Of a stretch of DNA of 64,000 bases, positions 1 to 9,375 are shown piece by piece. The translations under genes and the position numbers were made by a program. How positions within the stretch are numbered: position 1 is the first letter of the stretch; each line of letters opens with the position of its first letter. The stretch lies in IMG/VR virus record IMGVR_UViG_3300028805_002025, positions 64,001-128,000 of that record. One strand, 5' to 3'. The notes beneath the pieces are model-generated. The model was given only the letters and a program-made list of their open reading frames with translations, had not been told where the DNA came from and did no database searches. Source of the stretch: a virus. Taxonomy: Duplodnaviria > Caudoviricetes.

Positions 1-29
1 GAAGATTCTGCCTGCTGAACTCTTTGTCA

Positions 30-506
30 TTATCCTTGATTCCTTTTCTTAGCTGCCCTTTCCTCAGCCTTCCTTAGTTTCTCTTCCTCTTTCCTACGTC
101 TCTCCTCGTCCTCAATGGTCTCGATAACGATGTAGGCGGTCTCTACCATGTCCACGTAGTTCTCGTACTTCCTGCGCATTCTGAACATTTCCTTGGCAAT
201 GTCACCCTCTACGTTGAGTTTATCCTTCTCCGTGTCGTAGCTTACATTGCTGAGTACTCCTTCCATAAGCTTGTTCTTGAACTCGTCTGACAGCCTGTCG
301 AACGCCTCCTCATACACTGTGAGAATTATGTCCTTGTTGGTAAGCGCATGTGTGATTGCGCTGGCTCTAGATACCTTCAAGATACTCTTCGCCTTTGTAA
401 CTGAAAGTACCTTCAAATCAACTCCCATCTGTGCAAGACCAGTATCTTCGAACTTATCCTGCGCCATTTCAGCAATATCTGCTGCTGTTTCAAAAATTTT
501 TGCCAT
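30..506 (-). CDS. Hypothetical protein resembling phage putative metallopeptidase family, HExxH apparently degenerate
   Basis: 158 aa ORF; IILTVYEEAFDRLSDEFKNKLMEGVLSNV resembles the segment before the HELxH motif of phage metallopeptidase-like proteins, but the His residues are absent; charged C-terminal helix. Confidence 0.4.
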   Translation of the reverse strand: MAKIFETAADIAEMAQDKFEDTGLAQMGVDLKVLSVTKAKSILKVSRASAITHALTNKDIILTVYEEAFDRLSDEFKNKLMEGVLSNVSYDTEKDKLNVEGDIAKEMFRMRRKYENYVDMVETAYIVIETIEDEERRRKEEEKLRKAEERAAKKRNQG

Positions 507-514
507 ATACTCTA

Positions 515-697
515 TTATTTAGATGTTAATTCATTAATATCCAGGTTCACTATGTTGGCATTCAAGTGTTCCTCACCATTCTTGGTGTGGGTATACTTGC
601 CATGCCTAATCCTTACGATTATGCATAAATTACCTTTATACATGCTGTAGAGGTAGTATTCCTTGCCTTTATACCATACAATATCACCTACTTTCAT
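515..697 (-). CDS. Small hypothetical protein
   Basis: 60 aa ORF directly downstream of a Bacteroidota-type promoter; MKVGDIVWYKG start typical of small phage SH3/KOW-like proteins. Confidence 0.6.
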   Translation of the reverse strand: MKVGDIVWYKGKEYYLYSMYKGNLCIIVRIRHGKYTHTKNGEEHLNANIVNLDINELTSK

Positions 698-705
698 TTC
701 TAGTG

Positions 706-737
706 CAAAGATATATAAAAAATTTTAAAAAAACAAA
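706..737 (-). promoter_or_regulatory. Bacteroidota housekeeping-sigma promoter (-33 TTTG / -7 TATCTTTG)
   Basis: Minus strand TTTG(737-734)-N20-TATCTTTG(713-706), 8 nt upstream of ATG at 697. Confidence 0.8.
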
Positions 738-831
738 TTTATTCTTTAAAAAAACAAAAAAAATGTTATTATTTATAGAGAAAGTATAATAGAAAATGTA
801 TTGAAATTAGTAACGATATAATAAAATAGTT

Positions 832-1173
832 ATGGAATTTGAAAAACTGATAAAGACGTTAAATACACTGGAGGACAGGATAAGTGATTTAACAGAAGAC
901 GAGAAAACAGCACTCGGTGAAGCCAAGAGAACACTTGAACTTTACGAAAGAAAACAGGAAGAACAGATTGACTTCCAGGGATGGCCTCTTCGCCACCATA
1001 CAATGAAAGACCTTCGTGAGTTCATGAAGAGAAATAAGAACCTTGACGGTGAGACAAAGATACTTGTCCTTGAGGACGATGGAATGGCATACGGGGCACG
1101 TAATGGCTACTGTACTGAGATTTCAGTATCTGACAACGGAAAAGGAGGTAAAGAAGTCCACATCTGGTACTAA
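832..1173 (+). CDS. Hypothetical protein
   Basis: 113 aa ORF, TAATG-coupled to next gene. Confidence 0.7.
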   Translation: MEFEKLIKTLNTLEDRISDLTEDEKTALGEAKRTLELYERKQEEQIDFQGWPLRHHTMKDLREFMKRNKNLDGETKILVLEDDGMAYGARNGYCTEISVSDNGKGGKEVHIWY

Positions 1174-1868
1174 TGGCTTGCAAACCTAAAAAGAACCTAT
1201 ATCACATAATACTGGTCAATCATGGCAAACAACTGCGTGACCTCTTCTTCACACCATCAGAGTCGAAGGTAAACAAGGAGTTTACCAAGATGCTCAATGA
1301 GAACAAGAAGGTTGTGTTCCCTATGATGTGGAACAACGAGAAGCACGTCATGGTTGAAGCTGAGTATGAGCTGGTGATAATAAAGGGAAAGGAACACTTT
1401 GACAGTCCTGTGTCGAAGCTTAGGGATGGATACGGTAAATTCATCAACTACGAGTCATCAGACGATGACTGGATTATATATGACAAAGCACCGTACTACC
1501 TGGAAGAGACATTCTGGGTATATGGTTATCACCCTAAGCTACAGAGGAAGGACTTCAACTGGATATTCGACTCTTTCATAACAAAGGATGCCAAGAACAA
1601 GTATATGTTCAAATCGGTACAGGTCTACAACAACAAAGTCTTAATTGACTGTAACGGAAAACTGGAAATGGTCATCTGTAAGAATAAGAAGGATGCTATC
1701 AGAATGTATAATATGATAGAGGAGAAGTCAAAAGCCAAGAAATACAAGTATATTGCATTTATGGGAGACGTTGGAAATGGGAAATATGTTGCACAATGGA
1801 TTGACAGAATACAGGAACTTACACACTGGAGCAGGCATAAAATTAAAAGAGGGTCTACAAGACCATAA
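1173..1868 (+). CDS. Hypothetical protein
   Basis: 231 aa ORF followed by a terminator hairpin. Confidence 0.75.
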   Translation: MACKPKKNLYHIILVNHGKQLRDLFFTPSESKVNKEFTKMLNENKKVVFPMMWNNEKHVMVEAEYELVIIKGKEHFDSPVSKLRDGYGKFINYESSDDDWIIYDKAPYYLEETFWVYGYHPKLQRKDFNWIFDSFITKDAKNKYMFKSVQVYNNKVLIDCNGKLEMVICKNKKDAIRMYNMIEEKSKAKKYKYIAFMGDVGNGKYVAQWIDRIQELTHWSRHKIKRGSTRP

Positions 1869-1900
1869 AAAGAGAGTGAGGATTTCTCCCCACTCTTTTT
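1867..1900. terminator. Bidirectional intrinsic terminator
   Basis: AAAAAG-AGAGTGAGGA-TTTC-TCCCCACTCT-TTTT between convergent genes. Confidence 0.65.
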
Positions 1901-1902
1901 CT

Positions 1903-2307
1903 TTATGCATGCGTCAGTACGCCAAACGTCAGTACTATAGCGAAGACTACCATGACCAGGAAGCCTGTAACAACCTCCGACCCATTGAACGAGATAGATT
2001 CTCCACTGAAGTTTCCAGCGATTGCACAGATGTTGTTGTTCTCCTTTCGCATCTTGAGATATGAACCAACAGGATGTGCATCATATTCACTCTCACCATC
2101 CAGGAACTTCTCCATTGCCTTCTGCTCTTCGTCAGTGCTGATATAACCCTTGTAAGTGGGTGATGTCATTACTGCCAGCATGTGGTAGAAGTTAAACATG
2201 TTCTTGCTCTTCTGAGCCTTCTCTACAATCTTCTCCTCATTCTTGATGGAGTACGCTGCGACTGCCACCAGCAGTGCAATAACAGCAATAACAATATACG
2301 TAATCAT
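1903..2307 (-). CDS. Membrane protein (N- and C-terminal TM helices)
   Basis: Start revised to ATG 2307 (MITYIVIAVIALLVAVAAY), downstream of promoter 2333-2364; second hydrophobic helix VVTGFLVMVVFAIVLTFGVL. Confidence 0.7.
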   Translation of the reverse strand: MITYIVIAVIALLVAVAAYSIKNEEKIVEKAQKSKNMFNFYHMLAVMTSPTYKGYISTDEEQKAMEKFLDGESEYDAHPVGSYLKMRKENNNICAIAGNFSGESISFNGSEVVTGFLVMVVFAIVLTFGVLTHA

Positions 2308-2332
2308 GTCTCTTGTTTTTAAAATTCTGCTG

Positions 2333-2364
2333 CAAAGATAAACAAAAAAAATGAGATAGCCAAA
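2333..2364 (-). promoter_or_regulatory. Bacteroidota housekeeping-sigma promoter
   Basis: Minus strand TTTG(2364-2361)-N20-TATCTTTG(2340-2333). Confidence 0.8.
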
Positions 2365-2372
2365 CAACTACC

Positions 2373-2621
2373 TCATTTTTTAACTTTTATTATAATTTTC
2401 ACTTCACCATACTTAACATTTATCTCACCTTCAGAAGGAATGAACTCATCCTCTTCACTTTTCCTGTTTCTGTAGAACAAATCCTCATCTACCTTCTTGA
2501 AGTTCTCCTCATCAAGGTATACCGTTATTTCACCTCCAGGAACACCATACTCAGACAGCTTCTCTGATATGGTTCTTCCAAGGTCTATGATACCTACATA
2601 TCCAAAATTAAACTCTTCCAT
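2373..2621 (-). CDS. Hypothetical protein
   Basis: 82 aa ORF in tightly packed minus-strand operon. Confidence 0.7.
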   Translation of the reverse strand: MEEFNFGYVGIIDLGRTISEKLSEYGVPGGEITVYLDEENFKKVDEDLFYRNRKSEEDEFIPSEGEINVKYGEVKIIIKVKK

Positions 2622-2623
2622 AG

Positions 2624-2812
2624 TTATAGCATTCTTAAAAACTTATCAACCTTATCCCAGAAGGTCATCTTCTTCTTTACAATTTTATTGATGTCATTGC
2701 CCATTTCACCCCTAAGTTGTTCTGCAAGCCTCTGCTGGTGTCCCTTCAAGGCTAGTTCTGCCATCTTCCTCTCACTCTCAAGGGTCGTTAGCTCTCTATC
2801 TATCTCACTCAT
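2624..2812 (-). CDS. Small coiled-coil protein
   Basis: Probable start ATG 2812 (MSEIDRELTTLESERK), overlapping the upstream stop. Confidence 0.65.
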   Translation of the reverse strand: MSEIDRELTTLESERKMAELALKGHQQRLAEQLRGEMGNDINKIVKKKMTFWDKVDKFLRML

Positions 2813-3170
2813 TAGAATTACTATTTGCCTCAAAATAATTTTGTACTGTATTTATTAGCCAATTACTACTACTAACAAACGCTCCATCTAAAAACATTGT
2901 TACATACCAATATTCTAATGGCAAACCAATCATAATCATTGGTGTTAATATCACACTTGGTAATATCCATAAATTAAGTGCTGACATTCCAAATCCTAAC
3001 CACCACCCAGAACATATAAAACAAGAGAGCATTTCATCCAACTGTGGATGAATCTTTTTAGCTATTTCGTGCATTTTAACAAAACAATGAAATGGACCGT
3101 TTGCATAAATTATAGTATTTGCAATACCATAACAAACAATCATATAAATAACTAATATTAACCAGTACAT
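2805..3170 (-). CDS. Membrane protein, DUF1360-like
   Basis: Several hydrophobic helices and LDEMLSCFICSGWWLG (L-x-C-x-x-C-x-G-x-W) motif. Confidence 0.55.
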   Translation of the reverse strand: MYWLILVIYMIVCYGIANTIIYANGPFHCFVKMHEIAKKIHPQLDEMLSCFICSGWWLGFGMSALNLWILPSVILTPMIMIGLPLEYWYVTMFLDGAFVSSSNWLINTVQNYFEANSNSNE

Positions 3171-4060
3171 ATTTTAATTAATTCATTTATTTTATTTTCT
3201 AACTTGTCATTATAATTTATATAAAACAAATTCACATTATTCTCAGTACATAATTTCAATTTATTTCTATCTAAATTTTTTCTATACTCAAACATTTTTT
3301 CTCCACCAAAAAATTCTATTGGCTCAAAATGCTGTATACCTTGACATTCTATTGCTATATCATATTTTGGTAAATAAAAATCTAAGCTTTGTTTACCTAA
3401 CCACGATAAAATTTCCTTCTTACAATGCCATATGTATTCTAAATTATTCTTTTCCAATTCTCTAGCAACTTTTTCTTCCAAAATACTGTTTTGACAATGT
3501 GGACATCCAACACCTCTCATATGATGCATAGGATAAGTATAAAATTCTCCATGTTTAGAACAGATAACACATACCTTTGTTTTCTGATTTATATATACTG
3601 TTTTACTATAATCATATTTCTCACCATACAATTCTTTACAAATTGAAATAAATTCATCTGTCGTATAATTATGTCTCAAAGAACATTTTTTACATCCATA
3701 ACCCTTTAAATGATGTTGTGGAGTTTGCCAGAACTCTCCATGAATAGGACAAATTATGCATACTTTAGTTTGATTATCCACATAATTTACATTAGAATAA
3801 TCATATCTATTACCGTGAATTTCCTTTGCTTTATTTATAAATTCTTCTAATGTATACTTAGTGCTCCTATGTGAACAATGAGGACAATTCTGACCATGTA
3901 AATGGTCTAAAGGACGTTGAAAAAAGCTTCCATGAATTTTACAAACGATTTCAACTGGTTTTTGAGTTGATTCATATATGACTTTCGAATAATCATATTT
4001 ATCTCCATGTACATTTTTAGCTTGTTCAACAAACTCCTCAGTTGTCTTTCTTTTCGCCAT
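3158..4060 (-). mobile_element. Free-standing homing endonuclease-like gene (three DUF723-type Zn repeats + Vsr/DUF559-like nuclease)
   Basis: Three YDYS(K/N)xxY...CxxHGxF repeats each closed by CxxC; C-terminal LDFYLPKYDIAIECQGIQH; AT-rich; overlaps both neighbours. Confidence 0.8.
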
Positions 4061-4532
4061 CTTTCAATAGTTCTTCCATATCATCGTTAGTTTCAGTTTG
4101 AGGCTCTTCTGCTGCCTTCTCAGCCTCTTTCTTCTTCTTGGTATACTTCCTCTTAGGCTTAACCTCTTTCTTCGCCTGTGTGACAAATTCTAGGGTTACA
4201 AGTTCCTCATATGGAAGTCTTGAGAACATTTCCTTAAGCTCCTCCACCTTATCCTTAAGCAGCTTCAGCTTAAGCACAATATCCTGGTTAGCCTTGATTG
4301 TCTCCTCAACCAGGTCGAATATGTCCTCATACGTAGCCTCAGCAGAGTCAGCATAGTAAATAACCTCATTTGCATTGGTCTCTGATGGTGTAACCTTTAT
4401 AACACTGTCCTGCCTGTCATATACCTTCCAATTTGAAGGGAATATGACTCTAACCATCAAGGCATTGTTATATACCTCTATAGCCCTAAAGTAGGGCTTC
4501 ATATCATTCATTCTCTCTTGTAACGATTTCAT
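4038..4532 (-). CDS. Hypothetical protein
   Basis: 164 aa ORF with Lys-rich C-terminal segment. Confidence 0.7.
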   Translation of the reverse strand: MKSLQERMNDMKPYFRAIEVYNNALMVRVIFPSNWKVYDRQDSVIKVTPSETNANEVIYYADSAEATYEDIFDLVEETIKANQDIVLKLKLLKDKVEELKEMFSRLPYEELVTLEFVTQAKKEVKPKRKYTKKKKEAEKAAEEPQTETNDDMEELLKDGEKKDN

Positions 4533-4533
4533 A

Positions 4534-4728
4534 TTAAAATCCCGTAAACATTATTGTTAGTATGTAAGCTAAAGCTATTCCGAAAACAATCAGTCCCTTA
4601 TCAGATGATATAATCTTGCCAGACTTGAGTCTGAATACGCTTACAACATGGAATATATCACCCAGTATTACGAATAGAGACATTATGAACAGGAAAACCT
4701 TAATCTGTAGTAATAGTGTTGCTATCAT
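4534..4728 (-). CDS. Small two-TM membrane protein
   Basis: 64 aa, two hydrophobic helices. Confidence 0.65.
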   Translation of the reverse strand: MIATLLLQIKVFLFIMSLFVILGDIFHVVSVFRLKSGKIISSDKGLIVFGIALAYILTIMFTGF

Positions 4729-4922
4729 GGCTCTTCATTTTCTAATTGGTTATTCTTAACACTTATGACATCTTTTTCTGACACGAATTTTTCCTCACCA
4801 TTATCATCAACCACAAAAGATGTTCTTGGTTGTAAGTTAAATGGGTTATAAAGTGCCATCATTCTTTTTAATGTATATTCACCACCCTTGGTGACTACTA
4901 CACTTCCTTCTTTAAATTCCAT
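4725..4922 (-). CDS. Hypothetical protein
   Basis: 65 aa ORF, ATGA overlap with next gene. Confidence 0.6.
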   Translation of the reverse strand: MEFKEGSVVVTKGGEYTLKRMMALYNPFNLQPRTSFVVDDNGEEKFVSEKDVISVKNNQLENEEP

Positions 4923-4970
4923 AGTTTCAACATTTTATTAAGTTAAATATGTAAATCTTTATAAAATATA

Positions 4971-5006
4971 AAAAAAATGCCTAGAAAATAAAGATTTCCA
5001 AGCACT
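4971..5006 (-). terminator. Intrinsic terminator after lysis-like genes
   Basis: Minus-strand GUGCUUGGAAA...UUUCUAGGCAU hairpin (with G-U pairs) followed by a U-tract. Confidence 0.5.
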
Positions 5007-5017
5007 TTGTTTAAAAA

Positions 5018-5707
5018 TTATTCTAAATTAAATGTTATTCCAACACCAGCCATAACTCCCCACTCCTTGTGGCACACATCATAACCAGCTGTAACGGAAG
5101 GTCCTATAGAAAACTTTGAAAGTATACTTTTCTTTTTTTCCTTCTTGAATGCTGTTACATCTGTAATAGTGCCACCATTTTCAGAACCAATGGTTGTATG
5201 ATTCATACCGTTGTCCTCCTTGTTGACTATGGTAAACTTGTTCTTCACCTTAGCCTGGATGGAATACCAGTTAGGCTCTGTGAATGAGTTGACATTAAGC
5301 TTATACTGGAACGTGTCATTAGGCTCACTTATATACTCGAATGTCTTGGCAACTTGAGGGATTGTAACTGGTATGGTGTCATATACGATACTGTCCTTTA
5401 CCTTAGGTTTAGTAGTAACCTGTCCAGTGTTATACTCCTTCTCATGTGTAAACTGTATTACGATATCCAACTTATCCTTATATTTCTTAAGGGAGTCATA
5501 CAGTTGTTCATTCTCTTTCTTTAGGTCGCTGAACGCCTTACTATAATATATCTTATTGTATCTATTAAGGCTATCATAGTATTCAACTTCCTCCACAAGT
5601 CGCCTGGTGTTATTGTATGATTTGTCAGCATACCACACCAGACCACACGTTATTAGGAATAGTATTAAAACAATCCAAAAACATTTTTGTTTAAACGGAT
5701 TCTCCAT
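5018..5707 (-). CDS. Membrane-anchored protein, putative spanin-like lysis component
   Basis: N-terminal TM helix, coiled coil, C-terminal beta-hairpin FSIGPSVTAGYD...GVGITFNL as in Bacteroidota phage lysis-cassette proteins; overlaps the holin-like gene. Confidence 0.5.
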   Translation of the reverse strand: MENPFKQKCFWIVLILFLITCGLVWYADKSYNNTRRLVEEVEYYDSLNRYNKIYYSKAFSDLKKENEQLYDSLKKYKDKLDIVIQFTHEKEYNTGQVTTKPKVKDSIVYDTIPVTIPQVAKTFEYISEPNDTFQYKLNVNSFTEPNWYSIQAKVKNKFTIVNKEDNGMNHTTIGSENGGTITDVTAFKKEKKKSILSKFSIGPSVTAGYDVCHKEWGVMAGVGITFNLE

Positions 5708-6524
5708 TTCTCTTAGCCTCCTCTAATTTTTTTTCTTCTTCTAATAGTCTCTCTTGTTGCTTCTTAAGGTCTAGAAGGGTCGCAATGTTAAGACCATATG
5801 CCTCAACCTTCTTTTCTATTGCGTCTTTACTTGGTACTCTATCCATACTATGGAAAGAAACTCCCAAGAATCCAAGAGGACCTTCACCGTGACTCAAGTA
5901 GATAAAAGATGTATATTTACCACCATCTTCCTTCATATGTTTTGCAAACTCATAATCAATTTTAGATAGTTCATCTATTGTACCAATAAAAAACTTATTA
6001 TTACGCATATAAGTCGGAAAAGTGTACATTGTCAGTGGAACATCCTTATACTTGTAATATACTCTGTCCACACCTCTCTCTCTATTTGCGACCTCATAGT
6101 TCATATTAGCAAACTCGAATGGTAACCCACTAGGATTTGTTACACCATTGTGACATTCGAAAATGAAAACCCTATCAGCATTAAGGCCATACAGTATCCT
6201 ATCAATATTTTCCTGGATAATTGGAGTTACATCTGTTCTGATTTTCTCCTTCTCTTTCTCTATGGCTTGTCTTTTCTTATGGTCATCTTCCAGTATCTTC
6301 TCTGTTGACTTATCAACAAATTTCTCGCTCTTAACTACGTTATAAAGATAAAATCCCGTTAAAGCTGTGGCTAGGAAGAAAAACGTAACAAAGTAAACCT
6401 TAAGTATTTTAGTCCATTTAGCATTTGCTATTGTATTTACAACCCATTTTGTTGCTTGTATGTAAACAGGTTCTTTCTTGCCTTCATTTGGGCTGATATT
6501 AATGTTTATGTCCTTGTTTTTCAT
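5691..6524 (-). CDS. Putative holin (single TM + GAF-like soluble domain, T4 gpT-like architecture)
   Basis: One TM helix (VYFVTFFFLATALTGFYLY) then ADRVFIFECHNG...GFLGVSF GAF-like domain. Confidence 0.55.
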   Translation of the reverse strand: MKNKDININISPNEGKKEPVYIQATKWVVNTIANAKWTKILKVYFVTFFFLATALTGFYLYNVVKSEKFVDKSTEKILEDDHKKRQAIEKEKEKIRTDVTPIIQENIDRILYGLNADRVFIFECHNGVTNPSGLPFEFANMNYEVANRERGVDRVYYKYKDVPLTMYTFPTYMRNNKFFIGTIDELSKIDYEFAKHMKEDGGKYTSFIYLSHGEGPLGFLGVSFHSMDRVPSKDAIEKKVEAYGLNIATLLDLKKQQERLLEEEKKLEEAKRNGESV

Positions 6525-6551
6525 CTTTCTTCACATAAAATTAAATCGTTA

Positions 6552-7367
6552 TTAGTTCATTAACTTCCTAGCCTTATTGACCATATCGTTGAACTCTTTG
6601 CCCTCCTGGACTCTGAATGAAGGTGTCGTCCTGTTTGCCTCTGCGCTCTTGTAGCCCCAAAGCTGCTTGATTCTATCCTTCTGTTCGTTTACGAGGGTCA
6701 TGTTGACCTTCTTGGTTACTTTAGGTTCTCTTTCGTTCCACTCAACAAGATATTCATTGTCTGCCGTGTCTCTCATAATGAACTTCTTGCCCTCAACTTT
6801 CAGCTCATCTGGAATCTTTGACATCATATGTCCTTCAGATATGAACTGGGTCTTGAATGTAAGTCTCTTAATTTTCTTGTTCTCGTACATAGTGCTGTCG
6901 TTGTCTTCTATGTCCTTTTTCTTTAGTTCTCTACCAGTAAGTCCAATCTCAGCTGCCGTATCCTTGCCCTGCTTTGCTGCCTCGGCATGGTCTTTAGCTG
7001 CATCATAAATCTTACCGTTGTCGTCGAATGTAGCGTTACCAAACTCATCGTTCTTGTGCTTGTCCTCTGCATCCTTTGATACGTAGCCCTTCATCTGGGA
7101 CTTCGTTCTCTCCATAAATGGCTTGTTGATACTGTCATAAGTAAGGTCATGCATCCCCTTGTTATCAGTTGCTGAGATACCCCCACCTGGCTTCTGGTTC
7201 TTCTTTCCGACACCACCATCATACTTTTCGGTTTCCTTCTTGATGTCAGAATAGGCTTCATCATTGATTTTTTTCGTCTCCTTATCACCAAAAACAACTG
7301 GTTTAAACTCGTTGGTGCTTTCCTTGATGACTTTTCTCAATTCACCCACATTAATTCTAGTTACCAT
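6552..7367 (-). CDS. Hypothetical, probable internal virion protein
   Basis: 271 aa; N-terminal INVGELRKVIKES variant of the shared leader. Confidence 0.6.
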   Translation of the reverse strand: MVTRINVGELRKVIKESTNEFKPVVFGDKETKKINDEAYSDIKKETEKYDGGVGKKNQKPGGGISATDNKGMHDLTYDSINKPFMERTKSQMKGYVSKDAEDKHKNDEFGNATFDDNGKIYDAAKDHAEAAKQGKDTAAEIGLTGRELKKKDIEDNDSTMYENKKIKRLTFKTQFISEGHMMSKIPDELKVEGKKFIMRDTADNEYLVEWNEREPKVTKKVNMTLVNEQKDRIKQLWGYKSAEANRTTPSFRVQEGKEFNDMVNKARKLMN

Positions 7368-7378
7368 AATTTTATAAT

Positions 7379-7546
7379 TTATTGATTATTAAATTGATTT
7401 ATATACAATCCCCTTAACATCTGCTCAAACATGAGCCGTGTCATTTTACCACCGTCTGGTTTTTGCTTCTTGCGCTCCGTCTGAAGCTGCTCATCAATCT
7501 CCTGTATCTTCTCGATGGTCTCCTTATTTGCCTCGTAGTCTATCAT
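7379..7546 (-). CDS. Small hypothetical protein (55 aa, not in ORF track)
   Basis: Hand translation MIDYEANKETIEKIQEIDEQLQTERKKQKPDGGKMTRLMFEQMLRGLYINQFNNQ fills the gap between two same-strand genes. Confidence 0.6.
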   Translation of the reverse strand: MIDYEANKETIEKIQEIDEQLQTERKKQKPDGGKMTRLMFEQMLRGLYINQFNNQ

Positions 7547-7563
7547 AAATATCTGTTACTTTC

Positions 7564-8262
7564 TCATTTTGATGGTAAAAGGTCAACTTTTTGTAAGGCA
7601 TATTTGACAACATCATGTCTAAATTCCTTGGTCATCCTATTACCACTGGCTTTTAGCTGCGCTATACGCATCTTAATAATATTCATAAACTGTGCCGCAT
7701 TCTCACCATCATTCATAACCAAGATGTGATTAACTGTATCATTCACAGTACTGATTCTACTTATATTCACCAAATTGCGATACAGCTCCTGTTTTAAATT
7801 TGTAGGAAGTACGGATGATATCTCCCTAAGCTCTTCACTACTGAATAGGCGTTCCTCTCCATTCATTACCCTGCTTGTAAGCTCCCTGTCGGATAACCTG
7901 TTTAGATATCCTGGATTAAGACCTTTCTTTTCAATCCCATATTTCAAGATGTGATGAATGTTATCCCAAGGATTATCCCACACACCCTGTATGTCAAACC
8001 TGTCAAAACCAAGCAACTGGAAAGCTGCTTCTTCAAGGTACGATGACAATGAACCAAACAGTCTTCCAGTCGAAAATATCTGCCTATTAGGGTGATTATC
8101 ATATTCCTTATTGTGAGCAAGTTGCTCTATCCTATCCCTATCTCTAGCAGCTATTTCTTTTCTCTTTGCAGTGCCGTATACAGGATAATTAAGAACATTT
8201 TCAACAGATTCCCTTATAATCCTGTGTAACGCACTTTCAGTAAGTATTATTTTTTTACTCAT
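7564..8262 (-). CDS. LTES-leader protein, probable internal virion protein
   Basis: N-terminus MSKKIILTESALHRIIRESVENVL. Confidence 0.65.
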   Translation of the reverse strand: MSKKIILTESALHRIIRESVENVLNYPVYGTAKRKEIAARDRDRIEQLAHNKEYDNHPNRQIFSTGRLFGSLSSYLEEAAFQLLGFDRFDIQGVWDNPWDNIHHILKYGIEKKGLNPGYLNRLSDRELTSRVMNGEERLFSSEELREISSVLPTNLKQELYRNLVNISRISTVNDTVNHILVMNDGENAAQFMNIIKMRIAQLKASGNRMTKEFRHDVVKYALQKVDLLPSK

Positions 8263-8525
8263 TTCTTTATTACAGACTCACCAATAGGATTAACGGAGAT
8301 TGAATGATTATTTCCACCATCTCTACTAATACCTGGTCTTGGGTCAAGGCTTTTAACAACCTCATCTGTTGGGTCGCCAACTGGAGAAGGTCTTCTCATC
8401 ATAGGAAATACAGGGCGATTCACATCACCAGAAGAACTAGCATCTGTCTCTGCAAGTATCTTCTGTACGGATTCCTTCACAAGTCTATGAAGTTCGCTTT
8501 CTGTAAGTCTAATTATTTGCTTCAT
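8259..8525 (-). CDS. LTES-leader small protein
   Basis: N-terminus MKQIIRLTESELHRLVKESVQKILAE; 5' end paralogous to 8522..8770. Confidence 0.7.
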   Translation of the reverse strand: MKQIIRLTESELHRLVKESVQKILAETDASSSGDVNRPVFPMMRRPSPVGDPTDEVVKSLDPRPGISRDGGNNHSISVNPIGESVIKK

Positions 8526-8770
8526 CCTTTATGCCCTACTGGTTTTTCAGATTTATTCATTGCAATATCTTCTCTACCATAAGTTGGGTCATCGTCATCT
8601 ACCAACCCCTTAGCTGGATATGCAATACCAAAAGAAGAGTCAGCTGAACCATCAGCATTTACTCCAAAAGTGGTATTAGCACCGCCATCAAATTCTTTAA
8701 GAATATTTTTAACAGATTCCTTAACGATTCTATGAAGGTCACTCTCTGTAAGTCTAATTATCTGTTTCAT
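8522..8770 (-). CDS. LTES-leader small protein
   Basis: N-terminus MKQIIRLTESDLHRIVKESVKNILKE. Confidence 0.7.
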   Translation of the reverse strand: MKQIIRLTESDLHRIVKESVKNILKEFDGGANTTFGVNADGSADSSFGIAYPAKGLVDDDDPTYGREDIAMNKSEKPVGHKG

Positions 8771-8790
8771 ATTATGTTATACTTTTTGTG

Positions 8791-9360
8791 TTATGCACCT
8801 GCTGCTTTTCTCCTGCTTCCTGCTGCTGGTGTACCTGCTGCTGTAGGAGTTGTAGCGGTTGTAGTTGCTGCACCTGGAACTGCTGTTCCTGCTGCTGGTG
8901 TACCTGCTGCTGTAGGAGTTGCTGTAGCTGCTGGCTGTGTTCCAGCCTGCTTCTTAGCTGCCTTAGCTGCCCAAGGGTCTTGAACTGATGTATTCATTGG
9001 AGTACCCTTAGCAACCTGGTTAGCCATCTTTGTATAACCAGCTGCGGCTCTACCAAGCATTGTACTTATACTACCAAGCTGTTTAGCAATGGTTTGGTTC
9101 TTTGTCTGCTGAGCAATTGTTTTCATCTGTACAAGAGCATTTTGTGCCTCCTGTGCATAACTGTTAAACGAAGATGCCCAGTTACCAGCCTTATATGTCT
9201 GTCCAACATTAAAGTTCCAGTTCTTAGCACCCTGCCAAACATTCTTAAGACCGCCCCAAACACCTTCTCCAAGTTCATTCTCGGTAAGATACGTCTTAAC
9301 AGCATCCTCAACAAGCATATGAAGGTCTTGTTCTGTCAATTGAATAGACTTGTTATTCAT
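8791..9360 (-). CDS. LTE-leader protein with amphipathic helices and Thr/Ala/Pro-rich tail
   Basis: MNNKSIQLTEQDLHMLVEDAVKTYLTE, then EGVWGGLKNVWQG, and C-terminal TPTAAGTPAAG repeats. Confidence 0.7.
   Translation of the reverse strand: MNNKSIQLTEQDLHMLVEDAVKTYLTENELGEGVWGGLKNVWQGAKNWNFNVGQTYKAGNWASSFNSYAQEAQNALVQMKTIAQQTKNQTIAKQLGSISTMLGRAAAGYTKMANQVAKGTPMNTSVQDPWAAKAAKKQAGTQPAATATPTAAGTPAAGTAVPGAATTTATTPTAAGTPAAGSRRKAAGA
8817..8921. repeat. 36-bp direct repeat, period 69 bp, coding TPTAAGTPAAG
   Basis: TTCCTGCTGCTGGTGTACCTGCTGCTGTAGGAGTTG at 8817-8852 and 8886-8921. Confidence 0.9.
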
Positions 9361-9375
9361 AGTTTTATTTCGTGT

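Noticed and set aside
769-776. Late promoter for plus-strand gene 832
   Set aside because: One mismatch, 55 nt from the start, in a very AT-rich spacer; not distinguishable from chance
8732-8988. Plus-strand Cys-rich and Ala-rich ORFs (8788..8988, 8732..8983) as metallothionein or RiPP precursor
   Set aside because: They are antisense shadows of the GCA/ACA-rich repeat tail of gene 8791..9360
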